Below are positions 9,678-19,465 of a stretch of 64,000 nt of DNA, in pieces. This DNA is from a virus (taxonomy: Duplodnaviria; Caudoviricetes), in IMG/VR virus record IMGVR_UViG_3300031665_000002, positions 981 to 64,980 of that record, one strand, 5' to 3'. Position numbers and translations under genes: made by a program. Position 1 is the first letter of the stretch, and the number at the start of each line of letters is the position of its first letter. The notes under the pieces were generated by a model. It was not told where the DNA came from. It saw only the letters and a list, made by a program, of their open reading frames with translations, and ran no database searches.

Positions 9678-11817
9678 CGGAATTCCTTTCGTTCTCTTTG
9701 CCGAAGCGAATAAACACGCGCGGCGATGGTTCACTTTTTTTGATGCTGATAAGCGTTACGCGCTCAGCGTTCGTAAGCGCGACACCCTCTTTCATCGCGC
9801 GCCGAAGGGCGGCGACGACGGCCTTATATTTGGCCTTCGGCACGTCCCAATCATTAAACGGCAGATAGCCGAACTGTGAGGCGTAATCAGCGGACAAATC
9901 GCCGACAACAAGAGATTGTTCGCTTGTCAGATCACCGCCAATATTCGCACCTTCAGTTCGCGCAGCGCGGCGACTCGACCTAGCCCCCATTGATCGGGGC
10001 GTAAGAGACGACGTTCTCTCAGGCGCTTGTACCTCTTGCACAGCGCCCCTGGCTTGCTGTGCAATCTCATCAGCGGTTAGAGGTTCCTCGACCAGCGCGG
10101 CGCGTTGCGCCTCGGCGATCTGGCCAGCATCAACAACGGGGATCTTACCGCGCGTGCGAGAACGCGCCCCCATGGATTCGGCAAGTTGCGCCCTGGCCGC
10201 GCTCGACCGCTCGCCCACGTTTGGCGCGAAAAGCCGCAAGAATTCCTCGCGCTGTTCTGCTGGTACAGCCACAGGGATATAGCGCTGGCCGGATATATCG
10301 CGCACATAAACGACGCGGTGGCGACCGTCCGTAAACGCAATCGCCCCATCAGCATCAAGCGCAACTTCCGGCACCGGCACCGGAAAGCCACCCTCAGCGG
10401 CAGCCTGGATGTTAGGCACCTTGCCGACCGTTCCAGGCGGCAGGTAATAGTCAGGCGGCCCGCGCCGCCAAGCCGCGTCAAGCGCTTTAACATCAACCTC
10501 AACAATAGCCGCCTCAGCGTCTATCGCGTAGCCGCTACCAACGCGGGAAAGATCAAAGGTAAGCGGCGCACCGGCTGGAGCGCCAATCTCAGCGGGCGGC
10601 GTAACGGTATTCCCTCGACCGCCAAGGCTAGCTTGTGGTATCGGGCGAACGTCAACCGGCTTGCGCGCAGGCTCGCGGCGCACTTTCGCCGGTTTGAGCG
10701 TGCGAATAAGCACGCAACGACAGTTTACCGTTTCTTCTGGAGGTGCCTTGCGGTCCCCAGGATAGCGCAACGACACCGCGCGCCCGGTTGTGAACGGTTT
10801 CCCCCACGCCCGAGTTTGCCCCATCATCGAAGCGTGAGAATGTCTAACTTTTTCATCGCGCGCCGTCACCCAGCGTTGAACAACCTGTTCTGCCTGGATA
10901 TCACCGCGCCTAATTGCGGTTTCCCATACAGCCGCTTCTCCCTGATGCGTTGAACGCAGCGCTTCCGTGCGGGCAATTGTCTTTGCGCGGTAATGCACGT
11001 AGTTGGCCCGGTAGCGGTCAACCATGCTGTTGATTTGTCCGTTTGACAACGCCTTGCCGGATTGCCTCGCGGCCTTTACCGACCTATCCGACCTTGCGTC
11101 ACGCAAACCACGGTTAAGCGCATTGGCAGCGCTGCGCACGTCGCTATGTGCATTCTCAAGCGCATAGCGATAGCGGTTAACCGCGTTCATCTGAAATTCT
11201 GTGAGAGACACAGAGCTTTTTATCTGCCGGGCAACATCTAGCGGATTGAGACCACGGCTAACGCCATCGCGCAAAGCCTGAAACACAATTTTTCGTTGAT
11301 TGAGCGTAAATTGCTCAATCAAATTCAGGCTTTCAAGCGTTATCTGCGACAACGCTCTATCGTTTACGACCTTGTAATCCAAAAGAATATCCTTGGTAAC
11401 CAGTCCGGCTGTTACCAAGTAGTTGGTGCGGGGTTGCGCTCTGCCCTTTTCAGTGGCCCGAACACTGCGCAAAAGTGCGTTGAATCTTTCTGTTTCTCGC
11501 TCCGCCGCCAGTGCGGTTTCGCGCGTCAACGCCGATAGAATGCCATCGCTAAGCGCGTTAACCATTGCATCAAGCGCCTGTGCAATGGTGTGGAATTCAT
11601 AGCCGCCGCTGGGCGGCGCCTTGAGATGCGCATGTGGAGCAATCAAATACGCAAGATTGTCCATTGTCACGCGATCACGGCTCGCCTTAATAGCGGCGGC
11701 AACTCCACGCAACAAACGCTTCTCAGCTTCATCAATCTTGCGCCATTGATGCAGAGCTTCTGTGTCAACATCGCGGCGCTTAGATAAAAAGTTTCGTGCT
11801 GGGGCGAATATCGTCAT
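9670..11817 (-). CDS. MuF/SPP1 gp7-like head morphogenesis protein with long C-terminal extension (ParB/Srx-like domain)
   Basis: ARTEALRS...WVTARDEKVRHSH...ETVNCRC MuF motifs; later PEVAL...FTDGRHRV motif. Start at MTIF gives an ATGA overlap. Confidence 0.82.
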   Translation of the reverse strand: MTIFAPARNFLSKRRDVDTEALHQWRKIDEAEKRLLRGVAAAIKASRDRVTMDNLAYLIAPHAHLKAPPSGGYEFHTIAQALDAMVNALSDGILSALTRETALAAERETERFNALLRSVRATEKGRAQPRTNYLVTAGLVTKDILLDYKVVNDRALSQITLESLNLIEQFTLNQRKIVFQALRDGVSRGLNPLDVARQIKSSVSLTEFQMNAVNRYRYALENAHSDVRSAANALNRGLRDARSDRSVKAARQSGKALSNGQINSMVDRYRANYVHYRAKTIARTEALRSTHQGEAAVWETAIRRGDIQAEQVVQRWVTARDEKVRHSHASMMGQTRAWGKPFTTGRAVSLRYPGDRKAPPEETVNCRCVLIRTLKPAKVRREPARKPVDVRPIPQASLGGRGNTVTPPAEIGAPAGAPLTFDLSRVGSGYAIDAEAAIVEVDVKALDAAWRRGPPDYYLPPGTVGKVPNIQAAAEGGFPVPVPEVALDADGAIAFTDGRHRVVYVRDISGQRYIPVAVPAEQREEFLRLFAPNVGERSSAARAQLAESMGARSRTRGKIPVVDAGQIAEAQRAALVEEPLTADEIAQQARGAVQEVQAPERTSSLTPRSMGARSSRRAARTEGANIGGDLTSEQSLVVGDLSADYASQFGYLPFNDWDVPKAKYKAVVAALRRAMKEGVALTNAERVTLISIKKSEPSPRVFIRFGKENERNSDV

Positions 11818-12224
11818 AGCCGCCCCACACATTCAAACGTCGCGCCCGCAGGGTCGCGAAACACATCTAAAATGTACCAGTCTTTCCCCTCAATCGTGAT
11901 CACATCGCCCGTTTTTGGGTCGATATCATCCGGCAATGAGCCGCCAAGAATTGTTATCATGCGCTTATTGGCCTCAATAAGCGAGCCGTAAACCGCTGGA
12001 CCGCCGCCCTTGCCGTTTTGGATTTTCGAAGCGTCGAAATCGTCAGTAAATCCCTTGCAAGAATATGTTCCTTCCGACGCGCCAACCGTTTGCCCTGCGG
12101 TTAGCGCGCCCGCGCCACGCGTGCCAGCCGTCTTGCGCGTAAGCGTGGCGGCCAAGACCTTTGGCCCAAGCGCTTTATTAAGCTTCTTCGCAACCTTCGC
12201 CTTAAAAATGTCTGGGCGCGCCAT
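11814..12224 (-). CDS. Head closure / head-tail joining protein
   Basis: 136 aa; PKTGDVITIEGKDWYILDVFRDPAGATF motif; synteny. Confidence 0.6.
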   Translation of the reverse strand: MARPDIFKAKVAKKLNKALGPKVLAATLTRKTAGTRGAGALTAGQTVGASEGTYSCKGFTDDFDASKIQNGKGGGPAVYGSLIEANKRMITILGGSLPDDIDPKTGDVITIEGKDWYILDVFRDPAGATFECVGRL

Positions 12225-12229
12225 GGCGG

Positions 12230-12667
12230 TTAATCCAATGCGATTTGTGATGCCGCCTGAATCTCAGGGGGCACACCAACGGCAACAGTAATTGGCGCGC
12301 TTAGCGCGCCGTGAAATGCGAAATTTGTTGCCCCGCTTGCGGCTATGCCGATTGAAGCATGCGTTAAAGACGCGCCAGCGCCTGAAGTTGGGGTAGGAAA
12401 AACAACGTTTGAAACGAACGTGAGAACACCGCTTGCGATGGTGAATCCCCCAGACGTGCGAGCAACAGCAACACGCGCATAAGAGCCATAGCTTGCCTCA
12501 TTCGTCGATTGATCGGAGCCAGCCTCACCGGCGCTAGCCGTATGCAGCGCCACATACCAGTTTGTAATAGGCGACGACGCCGCATTATCGGCAATGTTCG
12601 CAATCGCAGTTGCGTTAAATAGCAACGCCAATATTGCGCTTTCCATCCAGTCGGTAAATGCGGTCAT
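12230..12667 (-). CDS. Virion structural protein (fiber-like beta protein)
   Basis: 145 aa; WYVALHTA...EASYGSYARVAVAR motif common in phage structural proteins. Confidence 0.6.
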   Translation of the reverse strand: MTAFTDWMESAILALLFNATAIANIADNAASSPITNWYVALHTASAGEAGSDQSTNEASYGSYARVAVARTSGGFTIASGVLTFVSNVVFPTPTSGAGASLTHASIGIAASGATNFAFHGALSAPITVAVGVPPEIQAASQIALD

Positions 12668-12676
12668 GCTTACACC

Positions 12677-13177
12677 CTAAGTGTATTGCGTCGTGTAATC
12701 CGTTGAGCCTAAAGAGCTTTCTTCGTCCGTGCCATAGGCCGCTTGCGCCAGCGCAAGCACATAGCCGCCAGCATCAAGCCAGTTGTTTAGGAGAACCTGT
12801 ACTGTTACGGGGAATTTGCCGCCACGCGTACCACGGAAATATTCGACCTCCGCAGAACCGGCTTTCAGGCGCTTTTCCGTCGTTGAAGTATTGGCCACGC
12901 TCAGCAAGTCGTTATCTTGCGTCAACTCATAGGCCAGTTCATAGTTTGCCTGCTGAATCTCTTCATCAACGCTTTCTGCCGGGTCAAGCTCAACGTCGAA
13001 CTTGACCAGCCATTGACGAATTGCCCGCGTAGCTGACACAAGCGCTTGTGCTTTTGTCGTCGCTGTTTCGGCGGCCCAATTGGCGGCAGCGCCTATGCGC
13101 GCGGCCAAATAAGCATCAGCGCCGGTATCCGTGCCGTAAATATCATAATCGACCGTGCCAATAGTAACGGAGCCCAT
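12677..13177 (-). CDS. Head-tail adaptor (DnaT-like ssDNA-binding family)
   Basis: 166 aa; ADAYLAAR...W...KAQALVSATR...QANYELA...KRLKAGSAEVEY. Confidence 0.65.
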   Translation of the reverse strand: MGSVTIGTVDYDIYGTDTGADAYLAARIGAAANWAAETATTKAQALVSATRAIRQWLVKFDVELDPAESVDEEIQQANYELAYELTQDNDLLSVANTSTTEKRLKAGSAEVEYFRGTRGGKFPVTVQVLLNNWLDAGGYVLALAQAAYGTDEESSLGSTDYTTQYT

Positions 13178-13403
13178 GGGCTACCCCATACACCAACGCC
13201 CGCATAAGCGGGATTTTCGCATAATGATTGTGTGGGATGCGCCCCTATCCATCGGCCTTTTAGGGTGGGCGGGCGAACTGTTACGCTGAACGCGTCACGA
13301 CTTGATAACGCAATGCTGCATCAGACGTTATAAACAACGCAAGCACTTTTTTGCATTATCTAACATTTTTGTTTTCGTGTTGTTCTGGTGTGGCGCAAAT
13401 AAC

Positions 13404-13438
13404 AAAAAAATGGCCGCCTGTGCCTTGGCGGCCATTTT
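13404..13438. terminator. Intrinsic terminator (possibly bidirectional)
   Basis: AAAATGGCCGCC-8nt-GGCGGCCATTTT, a perfect 12-bp inverted repeat with A/T tracts, downstream of the portal gene. Confidence 0.65.
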
Positions 13439-13575
13439 CATTTCATTGCATCATACGAGGATATGCGTCCGTATCTCAGCTTTTCCATAGCATAAAGCGC
13501 GCCGTTGGAAGGGATTACAAAGCGGCCCGGTAAAAGCTGGCCATTTATCTACTAAGATTCATTGGCCGATGCAAG

Positions 13576-13747
13576 TTAAATCCCTTGAAGCAAGCTTTCA
13601 GGAATCCACGCCTCAACATAGTTCCCGTCAGCATCAGCATAGCGCACGAGGTAGCGCCTTTCGTCGTTCACGTACTCGGCGCGCCCCCCAAACCTCCCCA
13701 ACACCTCGCCCGATAGTAAGGCTCACATTTTGCTTTAACGAAAACAT
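13576..13747 (-). pseudogene. Frameshifted small phage protein (..GRAEYVNDERRYLVRYADADGNYVEAWIPES..)
   Basis: N-terminus (MFSLKQNVSL) and the conserved-looking C-terminus are in different frames; 172 bp. Confidence 0.4.
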
Positions 13748-13774
13748 AAAGCCACCCATATCATCCCCCAATCT

Positions 13775-15307
13775 TTAAGCGGCAACACATTGTTCAAGTT
13801 CGGCTAGGGAGCCCTTGAGCTTCCCGAGTGCCTCGGCGAAAGAGTCGTTGCCATTAGCGCCCCCACCGTTGCCTTGCTTTACGTCCCCTATATCATCGCC
13901 ATTGTTGCCGTTGCCAGACTGTAGCAGGGCGTCAAGCTCCATTGCCGTTGCCTCGACGCGCGAAAGCCCGAGCATGTCTCGCACTTCGTTAACCGCCGGA
14001 TCGTCCGGCATGATTGGCGCGCCCGCTTGTGCCATCTTCGCCAAGCTGTCAACGACATCGCCTACCTTGCGCTTTTCAACCTTGGCAGGCGCGGCAACCG
14101 GCCTAATAGCGCGGGGAATGTTGTTCAAATCGCAAATTCTGGCAATCAATTGTGATGTTTGCGCATGCCCCATCTCTTTGCGCGTAGAATTCACCATGTG
14201 ATAGATGCGTTCCTTCGCCTCGTCGGCAAGGGCGAGCGAGCCCGAGCCATCCTCGCCGAGCAACAGAAACTCAGCGCCGAGAAGGCGCGCAATCTCAAAC
14301 GTTTTGCGGCGAATGGCCTTGCCAATGCTCTCATGAGACACGCCACCGGCTTTGAGAAGCTCAACATCCCATTGACGCACCGCCGAAGGCGTTTGCTTAT
14401 CGTCTTCCGTGGTGTACGTGGCGCTATCCAGCATAAGCCCAGTCTTAGGCCCGCGAACGTGGTTTTCTATAAATCCGCGCAGAACCTCACGCGCCGCCGC
14501 CGCCTCAGCGGCTGTTATCACCCCATCCTCTACCATTCTGGCAAGCTCGCCGAGTGGCGCGCGCCCGACCGGCACGCCGCGCAGATCGGTTTCAAAGCCG
14601 TAATGTTCGAGGTCTTCAAAGCGCCGTATGCCATCGGCACCGCGCGCAATATGCCGGTAAAGCCCGACGCCTTCCGGGGAAGCTTCTAGCGTATCATCCA
14701 CTAGATACAGGATTTTATTGCGCGGCAAGTAAAGCATTTTGCCGTTGGCGGGGTCTCGTTGCCATGCCCCCACAACAGTACTGCGGCTGTCAAGGTGCCA
14801 TTCTTCAATTGTATGCTGCGGGCGATTCTCAATCTCTGAGAATCCGATTCTCCCGTCCTCACGCGAACACACGGCCCATTCAGCGATTGAAAACCCGTGA
14901 AACCGGAACGTGGCCGCCCGCTTCATGACGGTTGAAAACGGCGTTTCTTCCAGATCGTCGAACACGTTTTGCACGAACTCGGCAGCATCGACCGCCGCCG
15001 CGTCGCCTTCATCGGCTGGTGCAACGGCCCATTCAGCACCATTTCCCGCCAAATCCAAGAAGTAACGCACCGCCGCCCCGACAATGGCGACGTTGAGAAG
15101 GTTGTTGTTAAACGTCTCGAAACGTCGCAGGCCGCGCAACGTGCTGTCGCGCTCGCGGCTTTGAACAATGCCGCCAGCCAACATAAAACCAGGAACGCCA
15201 GCCATTTGTGTAGGGCGAGCCGTCTTTGTCGGCTGTGGCCCATTCATTTCATTGCTGTTGTCAGCTTTTTCAGTTGTAGATTCCGTGTGGGTTATCGCGT
15301 CAGACAT
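13775..15307 (-). CDS. Portal protein
   Basis: 510 aa directly downstream of TerL; EASPEGVGLYRH and EIARLLGAEFLLLG..GS.ALA motifs. Confidence 0.85.
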   Translation of the reverse strand: MSDAITHTESTTEKADNSNEMNGPQPTKTARPTQMAGVPGFMLAGGIVQSRERDSTLRGLRRFETFNNNLLNVAIVGAAVRYFLDLAGNGAEWAVAPADEGDAAAVDAAEFVQNVFDDLEETPFSTVMKRAATFRFHGFSIAEWAVCSREDGRIGFSEIENRPQHTIEEWHLDSRSTVVGAWQRDPANGKMLYLPRNKILYLVDDTLEASPEGVGLYRHIARGADGIRRFEDLEHYGFETDLRGVPVGRAPLGELARMVEDGVITAAEAAAAREVLRGFIENHVRGPKTGLMLDSATYTTEDDKQTPSAVRQWDVELLKAGGVSHESIGKAIRRKTFEIARLLGAEFLLLGEDGSGSLALADEAKERIYHMVNSTRKEMGHAQTSQLIARICDLNNIPRAIRPVAAPAKVEKRKVGDVVDSLAKMAQAGAPIMPDDPAVNEVRDMLGLSRVEATAMELDALLQSGNGNNGDDIGDVKQGNGGGANGNDSFAEALGKLKGSLAELEQCVAA

Positions 15308-15323
15308 CGCAAAAAATCCTTAA

Positions 15324-16664
15324 TTACATGCTCACCGCTTCAGGAGCGCCAGCAGGAGCGCGGCGCTTACCCCGGACAAACAATCGACGCAACGCCCACA
15401 CCATGGCGTCGATTCTGTCGGGTGATTCCATGCCTGACTCAGGTTCCCATGTTACCATTTGATCCTCAAGCATGGCGAACGCCCCGACCATGTGCATTCT
15501 GCCAGCTTCCCACAAGTTCGCAATGGGCTCAGCCCGCGCTTGTTTGGATTGGCGAGCATGAACAATCACAACCGGCACATTTTCATCACACTGGCGGATA
15601 ACTTCGCGAACCATTTCGCCGCCCTGGTTGCCCTCAGCAACAACAAGCGAAGCGCCTAGGCTATGATAAAGGGCGCATGTCTTTTGCCCCCAATCCTGCG
15701 GACTATAGCGCCCGGTTGCATCAGCCAACACATAGCCGTGACCATCCATTCCCTTACCCGCAGCAACAATGCCCGTCATGTTGCGCTTCATGGCCGTTGC
15801 CGGGTCAACGCCTATGTTGATTTCGCGCATTTCCGGCTCTTTATCAACGCGGGTGTTTTCGATTGTTTCGCGCGTCCATAGCGCGCCGTCCGACGCGTCC
15901 AAGTAGTCGGCGTAAAGCTCCTGACGACCAAGCGACGTTTGCGCGAAGGTATCCATCATATCTGAAAGGAAGTCTTCGGAAAGGTTAGCTTCGTTCTCAA
16001 ACGTTGAGCCGCGCGTTACCACGGTTCGCGGGTGCGCCTCGATTTCTCGCAAGATCGGGATTGCGCGCGGCGTTGTCGTGATGCACACGCGAACATCTGT
16101 TCCGGCCGTGCGCAGCGCAAACTTAAGCTGCTTCCATACTTCCGGTGCATAGCGATACTTCGCCAGCTCATCAACCCAGGCCGCGCCGAAGTTACCGCCG
16201 CGCAATTGGTCCGGCTTGTCGCCCGAATATAGCGTTGCATAAGCGCCGTTTTTCCATGTCAAACGCCGCATTGATGGCGTGTGTTCCGGCCTATCCCATG
16301 GCGGCGAGCAAGCCATGATGCCGGATTCACCATCAATGAGATAGTCGCGCACGTCGGCGGCGGTCTCGCCTATGATGGCGATACGCCCGACGCGATCTTT
16401 CATGGTGCGCACCCATTCACTACCCAGGCGCGTTTTGCCAAATCCGCGCCCGGCGCGGGCGAGCCAGTGCATCCAGTTTCCAGGTGGCTCTAACTGATTG
16501 TCACGCGCCCAGAACGGCCAATGGTAAACAAGCGCCGCCTTTTCCTCAATCGTCAGGCTTTGTAGAAAACTTTGAATTTGTGACGCGCTTAAGGAGTTCA
16601 AAGACTTTGCCGTCAAGCGCTCCGGCAGTTTCACGGATGGCGTCTGCAAGGTCGCTATTGTCAT
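15324..16664 (-). CDS. terL: Terminase large subunit
   Basis: Walker A AGRGFGKT, Walker B AWVDELA, nuclease IGVDPA, and SPDRIDAMVWA. Confidence 0.95.
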   Translation of the reverse strand: MTIATLQTPSVKLPERLTAKSLNSLSASQIQSFLQSLTIEEKAALVYHWPFWARDNQLEPPGNWMHWLARAGRGFGKTRLGSEWVRTMKDRVGRIAIIGETAADVRDYLIDGESGIMACSPPWDRPEHTPSMRRLTWKNGAYATLYSGDKPDQLRGGNFGAAWVDELAKYRYAPEVWKQLKFALRTAGTDVRVCITTTPRAIPILREIEAHPRTVVTRGSTFENEANLSEDFLSDMMDTFAQTSLGRQELYADYLDASDGALWTRETIENTRVDKEPEMREINIGVDPATAMKRNMTGIVAAGKGMDGHGYVLADATGRYSPQDWGQKTCALYHSLGASLVVAEGNQGGEMVREVIRQCDENVPVVIVHARQSKQARAEPIANLWEAGRMHMVGAFAMLEDQMVTWEPESGMESPDRIDAMVWALRRLFVRGKRRAPAGAPEAVSM

Positions 16665-17388
16665 TTTTAAACGTGTCCGATTGCCCCAGCATATTTTTTC
16701 CTAGGAATATAGCCGTTTGTGGGTGTTCGACAGCGTGCCGCCACTGGATGCGGCGCAGGGATATTTTGCCCATTTGCTGGCCGTCTTCCCAGGCTTCGCG
16801 CGCAACGAGGTTTTCAGCGAAAAACTTCTCAAGGGTGCGAATGGACACCAACAAATAGCCCGCAGCTTCTTCCTGCGTGCAGCCCATAGCGGCAAGCCGC
16901 TTGATGCGTCCAAGAGTAACATCATTCAGAACCAATGACGGGCGGCGACCGGCACCGGCACGCCTGCCCCCGCGCTCGCGTTTCCACTCAATCGGGACTT
17001 GTGGCGGAAACTCGCTCCCCTCAATGTCCCCGTCATCAAGATCAAGCTCAAGGTTGACGCCGTGCGGGATGCTGTCGCCAGCGTCCGGCACGGCGCGTTC
17101 CGTTTCCTCGCCGTCGCTTTCATCGTCTTGAATAGCCACCTCAACGCCGCCCTCGATAGCGGCGCCGCTCAACGGCTCAGCAAGCCGCGTTGCCGGTGCG
17201 GGCTTGCTGAAAGCTGGCTTTTGACCTCGACCAGGCCGCAACCAGGCCCCGCTCTTGGCGTGGCGGCGAATAGTTGCCGCGCCTATCTTGTGATGTGCCG
17301 CAATGTCCTCGATGCGCTCGCCCGCTTCATACGCGGCGCGCACCGCTTGCCAGTCAGCCTTTGCCGGTTTAACCATCGCCGCCACCAT
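16546..17388 (-). CDS. terS: Terminase small subunit (two HTH modules)
   Basis: Immediately upstream of TerL; HTHs (DWQAVRAAYEAG; LAAMGCTQEEAA..LLVSIRTL) and GKISLRR.QW...IFLGKNMLGQSD. Confidence 0.75.
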   Translation of the reverse strand: MVAAMVKPAKADWQAVRAAYEAGERIEDIAAHHKIGAATIRRHAKSGAWLRPGRGQKPAFSKPAPATRLAEPLSGAAIEGGVEVAIQDDESDGEETERAVPDAGDSIPHGVNLELDLDDGDIEGSEFPPQVPIEWKRERGGRRAGAGRRPSLVLNDVTLGRIKRLAAMGCTQEEAAGYLLVSIRTLEKFFAENLVAREAWEDGQQMGKISLRRIQWRHAVEHPQTAIFLGKNMLGQSDTFKNDNSDLADAIRETAGALDGKVFELLKRVTNSKFSTKPDD

Positions 17389-18067
17389 TTGCTAACCACG
17401 GATTGCGACGAAACGGCCTTTTAACGCTTGTCGCGCCAAGCAGCCCAGCGAACACCGCCTCAGATTGCGAACGGTTGTCGCGGTTTACCTTTTCCCATAT
17501 GCGGTTTACCAAACCTTCGAAAAAGGTTGTCATTTCATCGCTGGCCGACAAATCGAAGCTTTCAATGCGCCGGTTTTCGTTGAGGTTCATTGACGTTCTG
17601 ATCGTTACGGCGAGCGCCGCGCCGCGTATCGTCGTGAATTTTGCGTGAGAGTTGACCGCCCGGAAGGCGTCAGCGCCGAACCCCTTCACGAGCACCGAGG
17701 CCAATTCGGCCCGCCGCGTAAACATCGATGGATCAAGAATGAACCTAATGCTTTTTATCCGCTGATTCTCAACGAATTTATACGCCTTTTCAGCGTCATA
17801 AATTCCCATTGTCCACGTTGACACGGCAACGTCAGAAGGCCCGGTTTGCGTCAACACATGCTCAATCACATCAACAAGCGAAAACTGGCCGTTCGTGATC
17901 CCGCAAATTTCGTCACCGTCGGCAACGTCGCCAATCATGGCGGCGGCGCTATCGATGCCGCTTTCCCGAAACAAGCGCCGCTGCGTCTTGCGGCGAAAGA
18001 CGTGCTCGCCCTCAAGGGTGACGTTAAAGCTTGCCTGTTCGCTTTTACCAGACATTGCGCGAGTCAT
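17369..18067 (-). CDS. Phospholipase D-superfamily (HKD-like) putative nuclease
   Basis: SHAKF...TSMNLNEN.RIE: HxK plus SxN motif; the canonical HKD Asp is not evident. Confidence 0.6.
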   Translation of the reverse strand: MTRAMSGKSEQASFNVTLEGEHVFRRKTQRRLFRESGIDSAAAMIGDVADGDEICGITNGQFSLVDVIEHVLTQTGPSDVAVSTWTMGIYDAEKAYKFVENQRIKSIRFILDPSMFTRRAELASVLVKGFGADAFRAVNSHAKFTTIRGAALAVTIRTSMNLNENRRIESFDLSASDEMTTFFEGLVNRIWEKVNRDNRSQSEAVFAGLLGATSVKRPFRRNPWLANGGGDG

Positions 18068-18341
18068 CTATTTTCAAGGTTTTCGCAAGCTGGGCAATGG
18101 TTACGCTTTCCTTCGCTCGCATACCCAGCACTTTTTGATAGTTCGGCAAATCAAAATCAGGCTCTTGTTGCATCGCGCGGATAAGCACTTGCAGCCGTTC
18201 CGCTTCCTCGACGTGACGGCAGTACTGAACAAGCACCGCGTGACACTCGCGCGGGAAAAAGTCTGCGGGCATGCGCTCGACAATGGCGCGCCACTCCATG
18301 GCCTCGCCATCACTTAGACATTCTGGCGGTTCTGGTTTCAT
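18045..18341 (-). CDS. P27-family terminase-small-subunit-like protein
   Basis: PEPPECLS...EWRAIV.RMP.DFF......LVQYCRH motif. Confidence 0.6.
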   Translation of the reverse strand: MKPEPPECLSDGEAMEWRAIVERMPADFFPRECHAVLVQYCRHVEEAERLQVLIRAMQQEPDFDLPNYQKVLGMRAKESVTIAQLAKTLKIDDSRNVW

Positions 18342-18444
18342 GGCCCACCGACGCAAAAAAAAGCGGGGTTAGCTCTTACGCCAAACCCGCTTTAAAGGAA
18401 CCTAAATATGAGTCTGAATACATTCAAAGAAAAAAAGCCCCACG

Positions 18445-18819
18445 TCAAGAGACTTTAGGCCCTTCGTCGTCTTTGTTTTCCGCCGCTCGATACCCGGCCC
18501 AATACCCGACTTCGTGCGCATCGCTCATGGCGTCAAAAATGCGGCGCTTTAGCCTGGATACAACAGCCCGCGCCATGTCAGTTGCTTGTTCTGGCTCGCC
18601 CCTCATCTCCAAACAATTAGTAAACCCGGAAACGGTTTCGTTGGCGATCTCAGCCGCAACAAGCGTTGCGAAACGCGCATCAATCGGCCTTGACGCAGGA
18701 GTTAGAGCGCAACGGCAGTTAACATGTCTATTGTCCGCTGGACCGCGATCACGTGACGACACACCGCCGCCAATCTCCTGCTTAGCCCTATATTCTGCCA
18801 AATCCACAAAATCAGCCAT
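18445..18819 (-). CDS. Hypothetical protein
   Basis: 124 aa ORF in operon orientation; contains HVNCRC. Confidence 0.5.
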   Translation of the reverse strand: MADFVDLAEYRAKQEIGGGVSSRDRGPADNRHVNCRCALTPASRPIDARFATLVAAEIANETVSGFTNCLEMRGEPEQATDMARAVVSRLKRRIFDAMSDAHEVGYWAGYRAAENKDDEGPKVS

Positions 18820-18833
18820 CGCGCCACCCCCAA

Positions 18834-19238
18834 CTAAACTGTTCTGCTTTCGCCGACAACGTACACCTCATGAAGAAAGGCAACAATACTTTCAATAAGC
18901 ATTAGCCTTGCCCCGTAGATATTTGCGGGCATGCATGACATAAACGCGTCAACAAGGCACATGAGCCGATGCAGCCTATATGCATAGCTCATGTAGCCTT
19001 GCCCACATCTTGAAGGGGGCGGGGAAATGTCGTGTGCGTATTTAATCAAATGATCTGTAAGACACATCGTCATCAAGTGCACGGGGCTGGCGGGCTGGCC
19101 GCTTTTACCCGTGCTTTGGTCAAGTACCGACTGAAGCGCCACATCAACGTAAAACTCGACATTGCGCCTTACTTCTTCGTATCTCCACCACTTACGCGGG
19201 GAAGTACCCCAGCCAACGCCCATTTGATCACGCAACAT
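18834..19238 (-). CDS. Hypothetical protein
   Basis: 134 aa ORF in operon orientation. Confidence 0.45.
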   Translation of the reverse strand: MLRDQMGVGWGTSPRKWWRYEEVRRNVEFYVDVALQSVLDQSTGKSGQPASPVHLMTMCLTDHLIKYAHDISPPPSRCGQGYMSYAYRLHRLMCLVDAFMSCMPANIYGARLMLIESIVAFLHEVYVVGESRTV

Positions 19239-19273
19239 TCAAAACCCCCTATTTTTCCCGAATCAATCAATGT

Positions 19274-19465
19274 TTATTCGTCCGGATAGACGTTCTTCAA
19301 AGCACCTGACACAGCCCGGCCAAGACTTACAGCGTCTTCCCTAAGACTCGCCTTCTGGTCATTGTCGCCTGTGTTTATCGCCTTTCGAATGTTTGCTTCT
19401 ATTTCTGGCGCACGCCTGCTAACGTTTCTTAAAAACGCCCGTCCTTCACTTTCTTTATTGCTCAT
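19274..19465 (-). CDS. Hypothetical protein
   Basis: Start at MSNKES; about 63 aa. Confidence 0.4.
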   Translation of the reverse strand: MSNKESEGRAFLRNVSRRAPEIEANIRKAINTGDNDQKASLREDAVSLGRAVSGALKNVYPDE

